Shown piece after piece: positions 23,970 to 33,726 of a stretch of DNA of 64,000 nucleotides. The position numbers and the translations under genes were made by a program. The notes under the pieces are model-generated. The model made no database searches and was not told the DNA's origin. It saw only the letters and a list, made by a program, of their open reading frames with translations. The stretch's first letter is position 1. Each line of letters starts with the position of its first letter. This DNA is from Octopus sinensis (lineage: Eukaryota). The DNA lies in assembly GCF_006345805.1 (NCBI RefSeq), contig NC_043000.1, forward strand, positions 151,094,001-151,158,000. Direction: 5' to 3'.

Positions 23970-24130
23970 GAGTAGATGAAACCATGGCGACTGAAGAAGG
24001 GGAATTTTCCTTGTGTTATTTGTCCTGTACTCTATTTTTTCGTTGTTTAAAAAAATGATCATTTCTTTGGCTTTGTGTTTATGTTTTCGTTTCTCATTGT
24101 GTTCGACGTTTTTTTGGTGTCCTGTACCCA
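23970..24130. repeat. Dispersed repeat fragment, homologous in reverse orientation to 40385-40550
   Basis: Shared blocks ttcttcagt...gtttcatctactc and aatgagaaacgaaaaca; both copies abut microsatellites. Confidence 0.55.
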
Positions 24131-24515
24131 TATATGCATGTATATATACATGTAGAGGTAGGTACGTACATATATGTATGTATATATGCATATGTTTTAT
24201 TTATTTTTAATTTATTATATGACGGAACGCACGCATCCATTTCTAAGTAAGATTGTTCTATATATATATATATACTTACATATAAGAGATTAAAGTGTAC
24301 GTACATATATATAAGCGCGAGCATTTTCGAGCCCTTGATGAAAGATTTGTAAGTATGATAACGTGAACTTCATTTCATTTTTGGGGAATTTTTGAATATA
24401 AATAAAATGCTTGAATATAAATAAAAGAAAAATTCCTTCATTTCTTTCGGCTAACATTATTATTTGTGACCAATATGCTCTTCTGTAAACTATCAAGAAA
24501 GTCATAAATATACAT

Positions 24516-24609
<94 letters not shown>

Positions 24610-25330
24610 GGCTTTTTGATAATATTAATGCAGTAACATGTATAATATGTGAAATAGCAATTACTTGCTCATACAAATACACAGAAAATTGTAGTGATTT
24701 GGATTGAAGCCTGTCCATTCCATATTCTTGTACTGAAATGTCTTCTTTTTTTGTATGAATTCTGCGGATATTAACGATTTTCCACATATTTATCAACGAA
24801 AAGGAAAATTCCTGTTGTGCGATAGCATATGGTAGCCGATACTCGTGGAAGAGCTTTGTAAAACACGCTATCGGGTTATTATCGACATGATATTAAATAC
24901 TTATTACACACATGTGAGTGAGAATACTTTGAGATATTTTTGGTATCTAACATATGTCAGATACTGCGGACGCTACTTCTGATTGGTCAATCCATGGTGA
25001 TGACCCGAGGTCACGGTGACGGCACTACTTTTGTCATTCATAAGTTACAACTAAACTTCATTCATTACTTTCACGTGTGTTATGTATTTCTTGAACGTGA
25101 ACCTGAATGTTAATAAAATGTTAAACAGTCATCAGTTATCAGTCATTTCACCTGAAAACTTAGCGCTATAAAGTCGGACTATCTTCCTGCGGCATGACAT
25201 CTTTTACAGTTACACATTGTGACGTCACTGACGTGAAATCAAGCTGTATTCATGCGCGCTTCAACACGATGTGAAGAATTTAGTTTTTGGGTTAATAAAA
25301 TATGGTCGTTTATTCGTGTGTAATAAATAA

Positions 25331-25438
25331 AATACCAAACTCATTCCCTATGGATACCGTATTTATTACAACTTGTGGCTTGTAAACAAGCCACTCGTTG
25401 TAATAAATACGGTGTCCATAGGGAACTCGTTTGGTATT
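25331..25438. repeat. 108-bp near-perfect palindrome (MITE-like hairpin)
   Basis: aataccaaac..ttccctatgga.accgtatttattacaac..gtggcttgt AA acaagccac..gttgtaataaatacggt.tccatagggaa..gtttggtatt. Confidence 0.7.
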
Positions 25439-25687
25439 CTCTATATGTCAGGTGGCGAGCTGGCAGAAACGTTAGCACGCCGAACGAAAAGTTTAGCAGT
25501 ATTTCGTCAGTCTTTACGTTCTGAGTTCAAATTCCGCCAAGGTCGACTTTGCTTTTCATCCTTTCGGGGTCGATAAATTAAGTACAGTTGCGCACAGGGG
25601 ACGATCTAATCGACTGGCCCATCCCCCCAAATTTTGAGCGGTGTGCCTACGTGTGTGTGTTTGTGTATGTGTGTTGTGATTAGGCAT

Positions 25688-26096
25688 TACTCTTTTTACT
25701 CTTTTACTTGTTTCAGTCATTTGACAGCGGCCATGCTGGAGCACCGCCTTTAATCGAGCAACTCGACCCCGGGACTTATTCTTTTGTAAGCCCAGTACTT
25801 ATTCTATCTGTCTCTTTTGCCGAACCGCTAAGTGACGGGGACGTAAACACACCAGCATCCGTTGTCAAGCGATGCTGGGGGGACAATCACAGACACACAA
25901 GCACACATACATATATATATATATACATATATACGAGAGGCTTCTTTCAGTTTCCGTCTACCAAATCCACTCACAAGGCATTGGTCGGCCCGGGGCTATA
26001 GCAGAAGACACCTGCCCAAGATGCCACGCAGTGGGACTGAACCCGGAACCATGTGGTTGGTTAGCAAGCTACTTACCACACAGCCACTCCTGCGCC
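25688..26096 (-). mobile_element. S2 SINE
   Basis: Near-identical to 8345-8747. Confidence 0.85.
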
Positions 26097-26197
26097 TATA
26101 GTTAAGGCATTCATAGTTAAGTATTCATACAGTAGTTTCTCAGAACGATTCTTAGTAGATTACCTTAGTTTTGGACTTATAATATTCCGTTTAGTAA

Positions 26198-26530
26198 AAG
26201 GCAGCGAGCTGGCAGAATCGTTAGCATATCGGATATAATGCTTAGCTGCATTACGTTCGTCTTTACGTTCTGAGTTCAAATTCCGCCGAGGCCGACTCTG
26301 CTTTTCATCCTTTCAGGGTCGATTAGATAAGTACCAGTTACACACTGGGGTCGATATAATCGACTTAATCCGTTTGTCTGTCCTTGTTTGTCCTCTATGT
26401 GTTTAGCCCCTTGTGGGTAGTAAAGAAATAGGTGGTTACTTTCTGTGTTCAAATTCCGCCGAGGCCGACTATCGACTATCCCCCTCCTCCGAAATTGCTG
26501 GCCTTGTGCCTCAAATTTGAAACTGATATT
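26198..26530 (+). mobile_element. S1 SINE composite (tail A followed by tail-B body)
   Basis: ...gtgggtagtaaagaaata|ggtggtt...ttcaaattccgccgagg...ttgtgcctcaaatttgaaac. Confidence 0.7.
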
Positions 26531-26846
26531 CCTTGTAGGTGTCTGCATTTGCCCTTGTTGTAGCGCCCTGTCATTTTGAAATCTGTGTCGCTTATTCTTT
26601 CTATTGTTTGGGTGGATGATCCATTATGAATGTGATCGTTCCTATTATGTTAATTGCTTTGTGCAGTGAGATCTCAGGTGTTCATGTATGAGCGGTTTTA
26701 TTCTATTTTCGGTCTCTATTATGTTGCTTGTGATGGAAATATTTTCATTATATATATATATATATAAATGTGCGTGTATGTATGCGTATATATATATATA
26801 TATATATATATACGCATACATACACGCACATTTATATATATATATA

Positions 26847-27009
26847 GTCGCAGGAGTGGCTGTGTGGTAAGTAGCTTGTTTACCAGCCACATGGTTCCGG
26901 GTTCAGTCCCACTGCGTGGCACCTTGGGCAAGTGTCTTCTACTATAGCCTCGGGCCAATCAAAGCCTTGTGAGTGGATTTGGTAGACGGGAACTGAAAAG
27001 AAGCTCGTC

Positions 27010-27077
<68 letters not shown>

Positions 27078-27300
27078 TGTGTGTGTTTGTGTGTCTGTGT
27101 TTGTTCCCCTAGCATTGCTTGACAACCGATGCTGGTGTGTTTATGTCCCCGTTACTTAGCGATTCGGCAAAAAAGACCGATAGAATAAGTACTTGGCTTA
27201 CAAAAAGAATAACTCCCGGGGTCGAGTTGCTCGATTAAAGGCAGTGCTCCGGTATGGCCGCAGTCAAATGACTGAAAAAAGTAAAAAGAGTAAAAAGAGT
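26847..27300 (+). mobile_element. S2 SINE
   Basis: Full head to (aagagta)n tail with expanded internal TA tract. Confidence 0.85.
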
Positions 27301-28019
27301 ATATGCATACACACACATATATACATATATATTTGGAATTTACAAAAGAATCGAACAAAAGACGAAGACGGGTGTGTAAACAGCAAACAGGTTTATTAGT
27401 TTAACGCTCCGGACTTAGGAAAATTTATATAATTTTAAAAATTAGATATAGGGGACACAAGAATTCATTTATTCACCCCTATATAAAAAATTACAGACAT
27501 TTTAGTATGTTGTAAGCATAAATATTTAGCGTCTTATTATTTTCTTAAACTTTAAAATATAATTTTTTAGAATATAAAAGCTTTTTTGAAAATACGGTCC
27601 AATTAGATGATTAGATCCAATGAACACTTATGCACAAACCTGTAATCTTAAATTATTTTTTCATAGTAGAGAGTGGAATATTCCCATTGGCTATTATTTG
27701 CATGATGAACTAAAGTTAACCTTTCAATGAATTTCATTTCTTATTTAAACGTGGTAATCATCGATACTCAAAAACTGAACTTTCACCAACTGAATACTTA
27801 TTCGAGTGCCTGTCTGGTTTGTCATTTGCTGCTACTTTGTTAATACCGATTCGTTGAATTAATTACTGTTGCTTTGATATATTGTGTCTTTTGTATAAGA
27901 CTGTCAGTGGCCTTCGCGCGAAGGCTGCGTATTTAGTTCCCCCCTTGCGGGGGAATTATTGTGGGACATCTTGTGTGGAACACATTTAAAAATCTACACA
28001 AAAGGCTTGCAAAGCCAAA

Positions 28020-29320
28020 ATGTCTTTTGAAGGCTGTGAAAGCCAATTGAAAAGGCTTGAGATGGAACCTCCTATCTCATATTCACCGATCTCAGGTGAA
28101 GAAAGTTCACCAACCTCAGGTGAAGAAAGTTCACCGGCGGTGACGCCGGAAAAAGAACCGGCGGTGACGCCAGAAAAAGAAAAGGCCCCAGCGAAGAAGT
28201 TCGCGGAAGTCGCAGGTCGAAAACAAAAAAGGATCAACACAGATAGGAGCAACCTGGAAAAATACGAAGTCCTTTTGAAAAAGGAAGGAAACGAAATAGC
28301 AGTGGAAGCAGACGTCGGAAAGAAAGAAGAAATAGAAAAGAAAAGGATCATCTACAAGACCTACAATATAACAACGAAAAGCATCCAAAAAGTGGAGGAA
28401 AAGAAAATAGAGGATTGTCTGAAGGCAATAAGAAAAGACATAACATACATAAACCGAGGCAGAAGGTTTGGAACAGTTGAGGTGAGGTTTAAGACCGTGG
28501 AGATAGCAAAGAAGCTATCAACCGAACCTCAAAAAGTAGGGAATATAGTCCTTCTACCCCTGTACAGAGGCAGAAGGACCTCAAAAATAGTAATGAAAAA
28601 TATTCCGCCAGAAGCGGACGCCACATGCCTGGTGGCGGCAGTGATGCTAGGCCTGAAGGACAAAATCACTATCCTCCAGGCTACAGTAGAGGAGGAAGGG
28701 TTTTGGCAAGGCCAATGCATCACAATGGCGATCCAAGCCGAAGTCCAAACACTAGAAGAAATACCGGAGGTATTGAGGCTCAGCGAGGAGGAGAGGGTGC
28801 TAGTGTTCGTGGAGGGAAGAAAGCCGAGGTGCTTCGGCTGCGGTAAAAAGGGCACGTAAGAGCAGAGTGCCAACCTAAACTGCAGGTAGAAGCACCGCCG
28901 GAAAAGCAAAAAACAGAAAAGAAAACAGAGGAAAAAACACATGAAACCAAAGAGGTAGTAGAAACAACAAGTGGCGTAGAAAAGGAAAAAGAGGAGGGGT
29001 GGTCAAAAGTTACCAAAAAAAAACGGAAAACAGAAACCACCCCTCAGGAAGAGAACCAGAAGAAGAGAAAGGAAGCAACTAATTCATTTATGGCCATTAA
29101 GGCCACCAATAACAGACTAGTTAATGTTTTGGCAGGTATGGCCAAAGTGGAAAGAGTGAGAAAAACAAAAGACTGCATTGTGTATAAAATAGGCCGGAAG
29201 GATTACAGACGGATAAAATCCGAATTCTTCCACGACGTGGGCCCTCTGAGATTGGACATGTCTCCATATCTATACGAGGGCCTGCGTCGGACTCTCCCAC
29301 GAGCCAAGGAAAAAAATTAA
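28020..29320 (+). CDS. LINE ORF1 (gag-like: acidic N-terminus, RRM-like core, CCHC zinc knuckle), interrupted by one frameshift near 28850
   Basis: A -1 shift joins track ORFs 28020-28859 and 29090-29320 through an open frame and restores CFGCGKKGHVRAEC (CX2CX4HX4C); ~433 aa. Confidence 0.8.
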
Positions 29321-29377
29321 AGTGAAGACGACGAAAAACAAGACGAACAAATCGAACCACTGATATAAGGGTAAGTA

Positions 29378-32300
29378 ATGGATTACATTTATGTTGGTTG
29401 TTTGAATGTGCGCGGCCTGGGAGCAGGCTGGAAGCAAGGTCGCTTCCTGCATGATATCAGGTCGCGTAATTTAGATGTTATTGTTGCTACAGAAACCCGG
29501 TTAGAGGGGCCAAGAGGTCTACTCCCGCTGTTTGTCGGCTACGAGAGTTTTTTCTCTCCTGGCAGTCCTACAGGCGGGAGTGGGGTGTTGGTCCTATTAA
29601 AAAGAAACCGGGTTTCTGGGAAAAAGTTAATTTTTGCAGATCCAGAAGGTAGGCTGGTCGTCATGGATTTGACGTTCAGTAACGGTAAAGTTATCAGACT
29701 GGTTGCAATTTACGCACCCAACCATACAGGGCAAAGTGATTATTTTCGTGAACTAGAAAAATTTCTTGGTACTTCGCATTCATTAGTGGTGCTAGGAGAC
29801 TTTAACACAATTTGCAAAGCGGATGTAGATTGTGTTGGCTCGTGTCCAGATAGAAAAGGTAACAGTGGCTTCATGGAACTGCTAAGCCGCTTTGAGCTAG
29901 CAGATCCGTATAGGCTGGAATTTCCGAACGCTCCATTGTGGACATGGTCAAACAGCGACGGATCTTCCAGGTCATATTTAGATAGAATACTAATTAGAAA
30001 AGTAGACAGTAAAATAGTTAAGTGTCCACAGTTTTACCCGATCAGCTACAGTGATCATAAAATGGTCACTTGTAAGCTTGACATAGATAAGGTTAAAAAT
30101 AGAGGATCCGGTTACTGGAAACTTAATACGTCCCTTTTGGCGATTAAAGAGTACAAAGACCGGATTAAGAATATAATTCAGAGGGCACTATCTGGTACCA
30201 TCATTAATAACAAATGGTGGTACGCCCTCAAACGAGCCATCAAGTTTGAGTCTATTAGATATAGCATAGGAGTAGTGGCTAGAGAGGCTAGAAGGGAAAA
30301 TACTCTAGTTAAGGAATTAGAGGAAGCCATGAAAACTGGCTCTGCGGCTCAGGTGGCGGCCAAGAGACTGGTGTTAAACCAGCACCTCGAGGCCAAACAC
30401 ATGGGCTGCATTGTCAGGGCTAGAATCCGCCATATGGGATGTGAAGGAATCAACACCGTGAGATGGGCCCGAGTGGTGGAAGCTCAGCATGGTAACGATG
30501 CCACGATTCGATCTTTGACGAACCAACAAGGTGAGTTGATAAACGAACCCGAGGAGATGTGTGAGGCCTTTCAGGAGCACTTCGCTCAGCTTTTCGGTGA
30601 GTGCGGTGGACTGGATAGGAGAAGGGCCTTTACGGACCTACTCGACGGGCTGCCGCGCTTATCGGGGCGAGATGCGGAGGGCTGTGAAGGGCCAATCACG
30701 CCTGAGGAGGTGGTTGAGGCAATGGCGGACTGCGGCGCGGGCAAGGCGCCGGGTTTGGATGGTCTACCCTATGAGTTATATAAGAGTATGCCAGACTTGT
30801 TCGGGCACCTACTGGCGGAGGTCTATGCGAACTGGCAGCAGAACGGGCTTATACCCAGATCTGTGCGCCGGGGAGTGGTGACTCTCGTCAGAAAGGACCC
30901 GAGCAAGGGGGAGTGTATTGATAATTTCAGGCCCATCACTCTGCTAAACACAGAGTTGAAGATTTTGGCCAAAGTGTTATCGAAAAGATTGGCGCGTGTC
31001 GCGGATGGTCTGATCGGAGAGGCACAGACATGTGCCGTTCCGGGCAGATCCATTCAGGATAATCTCCATCTAATGCGGTACACTATAGAGGGGTTTAATA
31101 GTGATTCTGGCAAGGGTGGGGCACTGGTCCATTTAGACCAATCTAAAGCTTTTGATAGGGTCGACCATCGTTACCTGGTATCTGCCCTGGCACAGTTCGG
31201 GCTGAGCCTTGGCTTCCTCAGGTGGATTATCCAAATTTATGATAACATCGACTCGGTAGTTCGGGTGAACGGCTTCTTGTCGAAGCCGTTCAAAATCAAA
31301 CGCTCGGTTCGTCAAGGGTGTCCGCTCTCCCCGCTTTTGTACGTGATGGCTCTTGAGCCATTACTGCGAAAACTGAGCGGCATCCCGAGACAGCCAGGTA
31401 ATGGAAAATCAGTGTCAGCGTACGCGGATGACATCACCATCATCGTAACCGAAATGGACCACCTATGTAAAGTAGGCAAGGCCATAGAGGCTTACGAGAC
31501 GGTGACAGGAGCAAAAGTTAATCGCGAAAAGTCAGTCGGCTTGCAACTCGGCACCTGGAGAGGCAAGTCGATGCCTCCTGACAGCGTCGTGGGACGTTGG
31601 ACGGAGGGTCCGATTAAACTGCTAGGGGTCTGGTTCGGTCCAGACCTCCAAATAGAGAAGAATTGGGGCGAGATAACGAGCAAGGTGGCTGCAGTAGCCA
31701 AGACCTGGTCTTGGCGGTGGCTATCCCTGAAAGGGAGGGCGGAGGTAGCCAATGTGTTTATCGCATCGGTTATCACCTACCGCCTTTCCGTCGTTCCTTG
31801 CCCTGATTCGTGGTTGATCAAGTTGGAAAGACAGCTCTTCTACTTCTTGTGGAAGGGCGGAAAACCACTTGTGAAACGCTCTACTTGCTGTCAACAACCG
31901 TTAAAGGGTGGGCTAGGGATGCCTTGGCTGATGATGCGCAGACATGCGCTGAGGTTAAGACATCTGTGGCTCTACCTGGATAGTGAACGGGTGTGGTCTT
32001 CGTTAGCAAAACTGATGTTTCCCAAGTTCACTAGTTTCGGTGGATGGGAAACCTGGCTGAATCGTAGATCGAAACTTGGTACTTGGTACACGGAGTGTCG
32101 CAAGGCTCTCCTGCTATTCCGTCGCTCGGGCAACGCATGCGGTGGGGGTTCCACCACATTCTTCTATAGAGGGTTGGTAGAGGCGGAATGTGAAGATACC
32201 TTGGGGGAAACCCTGGGTCTCGACGATAATCAGCTGGCCAGTCTGTTCCGACGTACGTTCAAGCCGAGGACACTGGACAACTTCCAGAAGTCTCTGGCAT

Positions 32301-32773
32301 GGCAATGCTACAGAGGAGCTCTACCTGTTCGGGATAAACTCGCAAGGCACGGTGGCCAAGACAGTCCGATATGTCCAAGATGCGGGCGGGATAGGGAAAC
32401 CGTCCCGCACGCTATTGTTCATTGTCCGGACGTGTCTGAGGTGTGGGTTTATGCCGAACAGCTGTTGTCAGGTACACGAAGAGTACAGCTGTCGACTGAG
32501 TCGATTACAAAAATTGACCCACCGGATTTCCTCGCGAATGAAGGTAAGTTTTATTTTCTCGTTGTAGTAGCAATCGCGAAAGAGGTGATATGGAAGACGA
32601 GAATGAAAGATCTACAGTCAGGCAAGTTCATCTCCGGCCCTGGTTTGATGAATTATTTCATGTTTCACCTGAAAAGGAAGATAGGGCTGGAGAGAATATG
32701 CCTGACTAGGAGAGTGTATGAAGAACGATGGAAAGATGTAGCACGAAAGTTGCGAGTGAAAGATACAACATAA
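29378..32773 (+). CDS. LINE ORF2: APE endonuclease + reverse transcriptase + C-terminal CCHC finger (1131 aa)
   Basis: GCLNVRGL, ATETR, VLGDFN, YLDRILI, YSDH (APE); GSGYWKLNTSLL linker; APGLDGL, RPITLLN, DQSKAFDRVDH, RQGCPLSP, YADD (RT); CPRC...ETVPHAIVHC. No stops. Confidence 0.95.
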   Translation: MDYIYVGCLNVRGLGAGWKQGRFLHDIRSRNLDVIVATETRLEGPRGLLPLFVGYESFFSPGSPTGGSGVLVLLKRNRVSGKKLIFADPEGRLVVMDLTFSNGKVIRLVAIYAPNHTGQSDYFRELEKFLGTSHSLVVLGDFNTICKADVDCVGSCPDRKGNSGFMELLSRFELADPYRLEFPNAPLWTWSNSDGSSRSYLDRILIRKVDSKIVKCPQFYPISYSDHKMVTCKLDIDKVKNRGSGYWKLNTSLLAIKEYKDRIKNIIQRALSGTIINNKWWYALKRAIKFESIRYSIGVVAREARRENTLVKELEEAMKTGSAAQVAAKRLVLNQHLEAKHMGCIVRARIRHMGCEGINTVRWARVVEAQHGNDATIRSLTNQQGELINEPEEMCEAFQEHFAQLFGECGGLDRRRAFTDLLDGLPRLSGRDAEGCEGPITPEEVVEAMADCGAGKAPGLDGLPYELYKSMPDLFGHLLAEVYANWQQNGLIPRSVRRGVVTLVRKDPSKGECIDNFRPITLLNTELKILAKVLSKRLARVADGLIGEAQTCAVPGRSIQDNLHLMRYTIEGFNSDSGKGGALVHLDQSKAFDRVDHRYLVSALAQFGLSLGFLRWIIQIYDNIDSVVRVNGFLSKPFKIKRSVRQGCPLSPLLYVMALEPLLRKLSGIPRQPGNGKSVSAYADDITIIVTEMDHLCKVGKAIEAYETVTGAKVNREKSVGLQLGTWRGKSMPPDSVVGRWTEGPIKLLGVWFGPDLQIEKNWGEITSKVAAVAKTWSWRWLSLKGRAEVANVFIASVITYRLSVVPCPDSWLIKLERQLFYFLWKGGKPLVKRSTCCQQPLKGGLGMPWLMMRRHALRLRHLWLYLDSERVWSSLAKLMFPKFTSFGGWETWLNRRSKLGTWYTECRKALLLFRRSGNACGGGSTTFFYRGLVEAECEDTLGETLGLDDNQLASLFRRTFKPRTLDNFQKSLAWQCYRGALPVRDKLARHGGQDSPICPRCGRDRETVPHAIVHCPDVSEVWVYAEQLLSGTRRVQLSTESITKIDPPDFLANEGKFYFLVVVAIAKEVIWKTRMKDLQSGKFISGPGLMNYFMFHLKRKIGLERICLTRRVYEERWKDVARKLRVKDTT

Positions 32774-33420
32774 ATGTAATACCAAGCGCAACCAAAAGTA
32801 TCAGTGGGGAGGCGGGGCTCGTGGGGTCCGAGCTAAACCCGCACCCACTCCACCTGTAATGTCTTCCGGTCTGTTACATCATTCGATTTTGTGTCTATCT
32901 TGTAATTTCATGTTAATTTTTAAATTCGCTTTATTGTAAAAACCCATTCGTGTGTCTGACCCCACATCAGATTGTATTGTCCCCTCTATGTTCGCCCCTT
33001 GTGGGTAGTAATAAAATCGTTCACCAACTGGTCGTTGTTTTTGAGTGAGTTTTTGAATTGTGAGTTTTTGAATTGTTTGCCGTTGTTGTTGGACATTTGC
33101 CGTTGATTGTCTTATTGGATTTTTATCATTGTTGTTGGTTGTTTTCCATAGTTGTTGGAGGGAGCTGCACGCGGGGGTGGGCCAAGTTGTGGCCGGCCCG
33201 ATGGCGGCCCTAATTAGGGAGAGGGCGGAGGGACCAGCGGAAGACCGAGCAAGCAAGGGCCCACAAGGAGCGGCTGGCCCGCAGGGGGAGGAGGAGCCAG
33301 AAATGATGAGCGTGCCAATTTTTTCGGATTCCGACGAGGAGGGGGGGGCTGCATGTTCGAGGGAGCATTGATGTACCGGACCTGACAGGAGAGCAATAGA
33401 CACCAGGTACCGATGGTTCA

Positions 33421-33536
33421 CCCTATCGAAATTAAGTACCAGTTACGCACTGGGGTCGATGTAATCGACTTAATCCGTTTGTCTGTCCTTGTTTGTCCCC
33501 TCTATGTTTAGCCCCCTGTGGGCAGTAGAGAAATAT
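33421..33536 (+). mobile_element. 5'-truncated S1-A SINE
   Basis: aattaagtaccagttacgcactggggtcgat...ttgtcccctctatgtttagccccctgtgggcagtagagaaata. Confidence 0.85.
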
Positions 33537-33726
33537 ATATTAATTTAGCATTAGAATTCTCCAAGTTGTATAAAAATAGTTATTGTCTGCATCATTCGAA
33601 AGAGAAATACATTTTGCATAAGGTGTAAAAGATATAAATAATTTGTATGGTATAATAACAAAATATTTTGTAAGAAATAGAACTTTTATCGTCGGTCTTA
33701 AATATATTTTCGTCGGTGTATATATC

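Larger units (their letters stand above)
27782..33030 (+). mobile_element. Near-intact L1/Tx1-clade non-LTR retrotransposon (~5.2 kb)
   Basis: 5'UTR, ORF1, 57-bp spacer, ORF2, then a 3'UTR ending gtagtaataaaatcg. Candidate 11-bp TSD ttcaccaactg at 27782-27792 and 33020-33030. Confidence 0.9.

Noticed and set aside
23991-24030. CTGAAGA plus hairpin (and its homologue near 40526)
   Set aside because: No GAAA strand in the right position in either copy.
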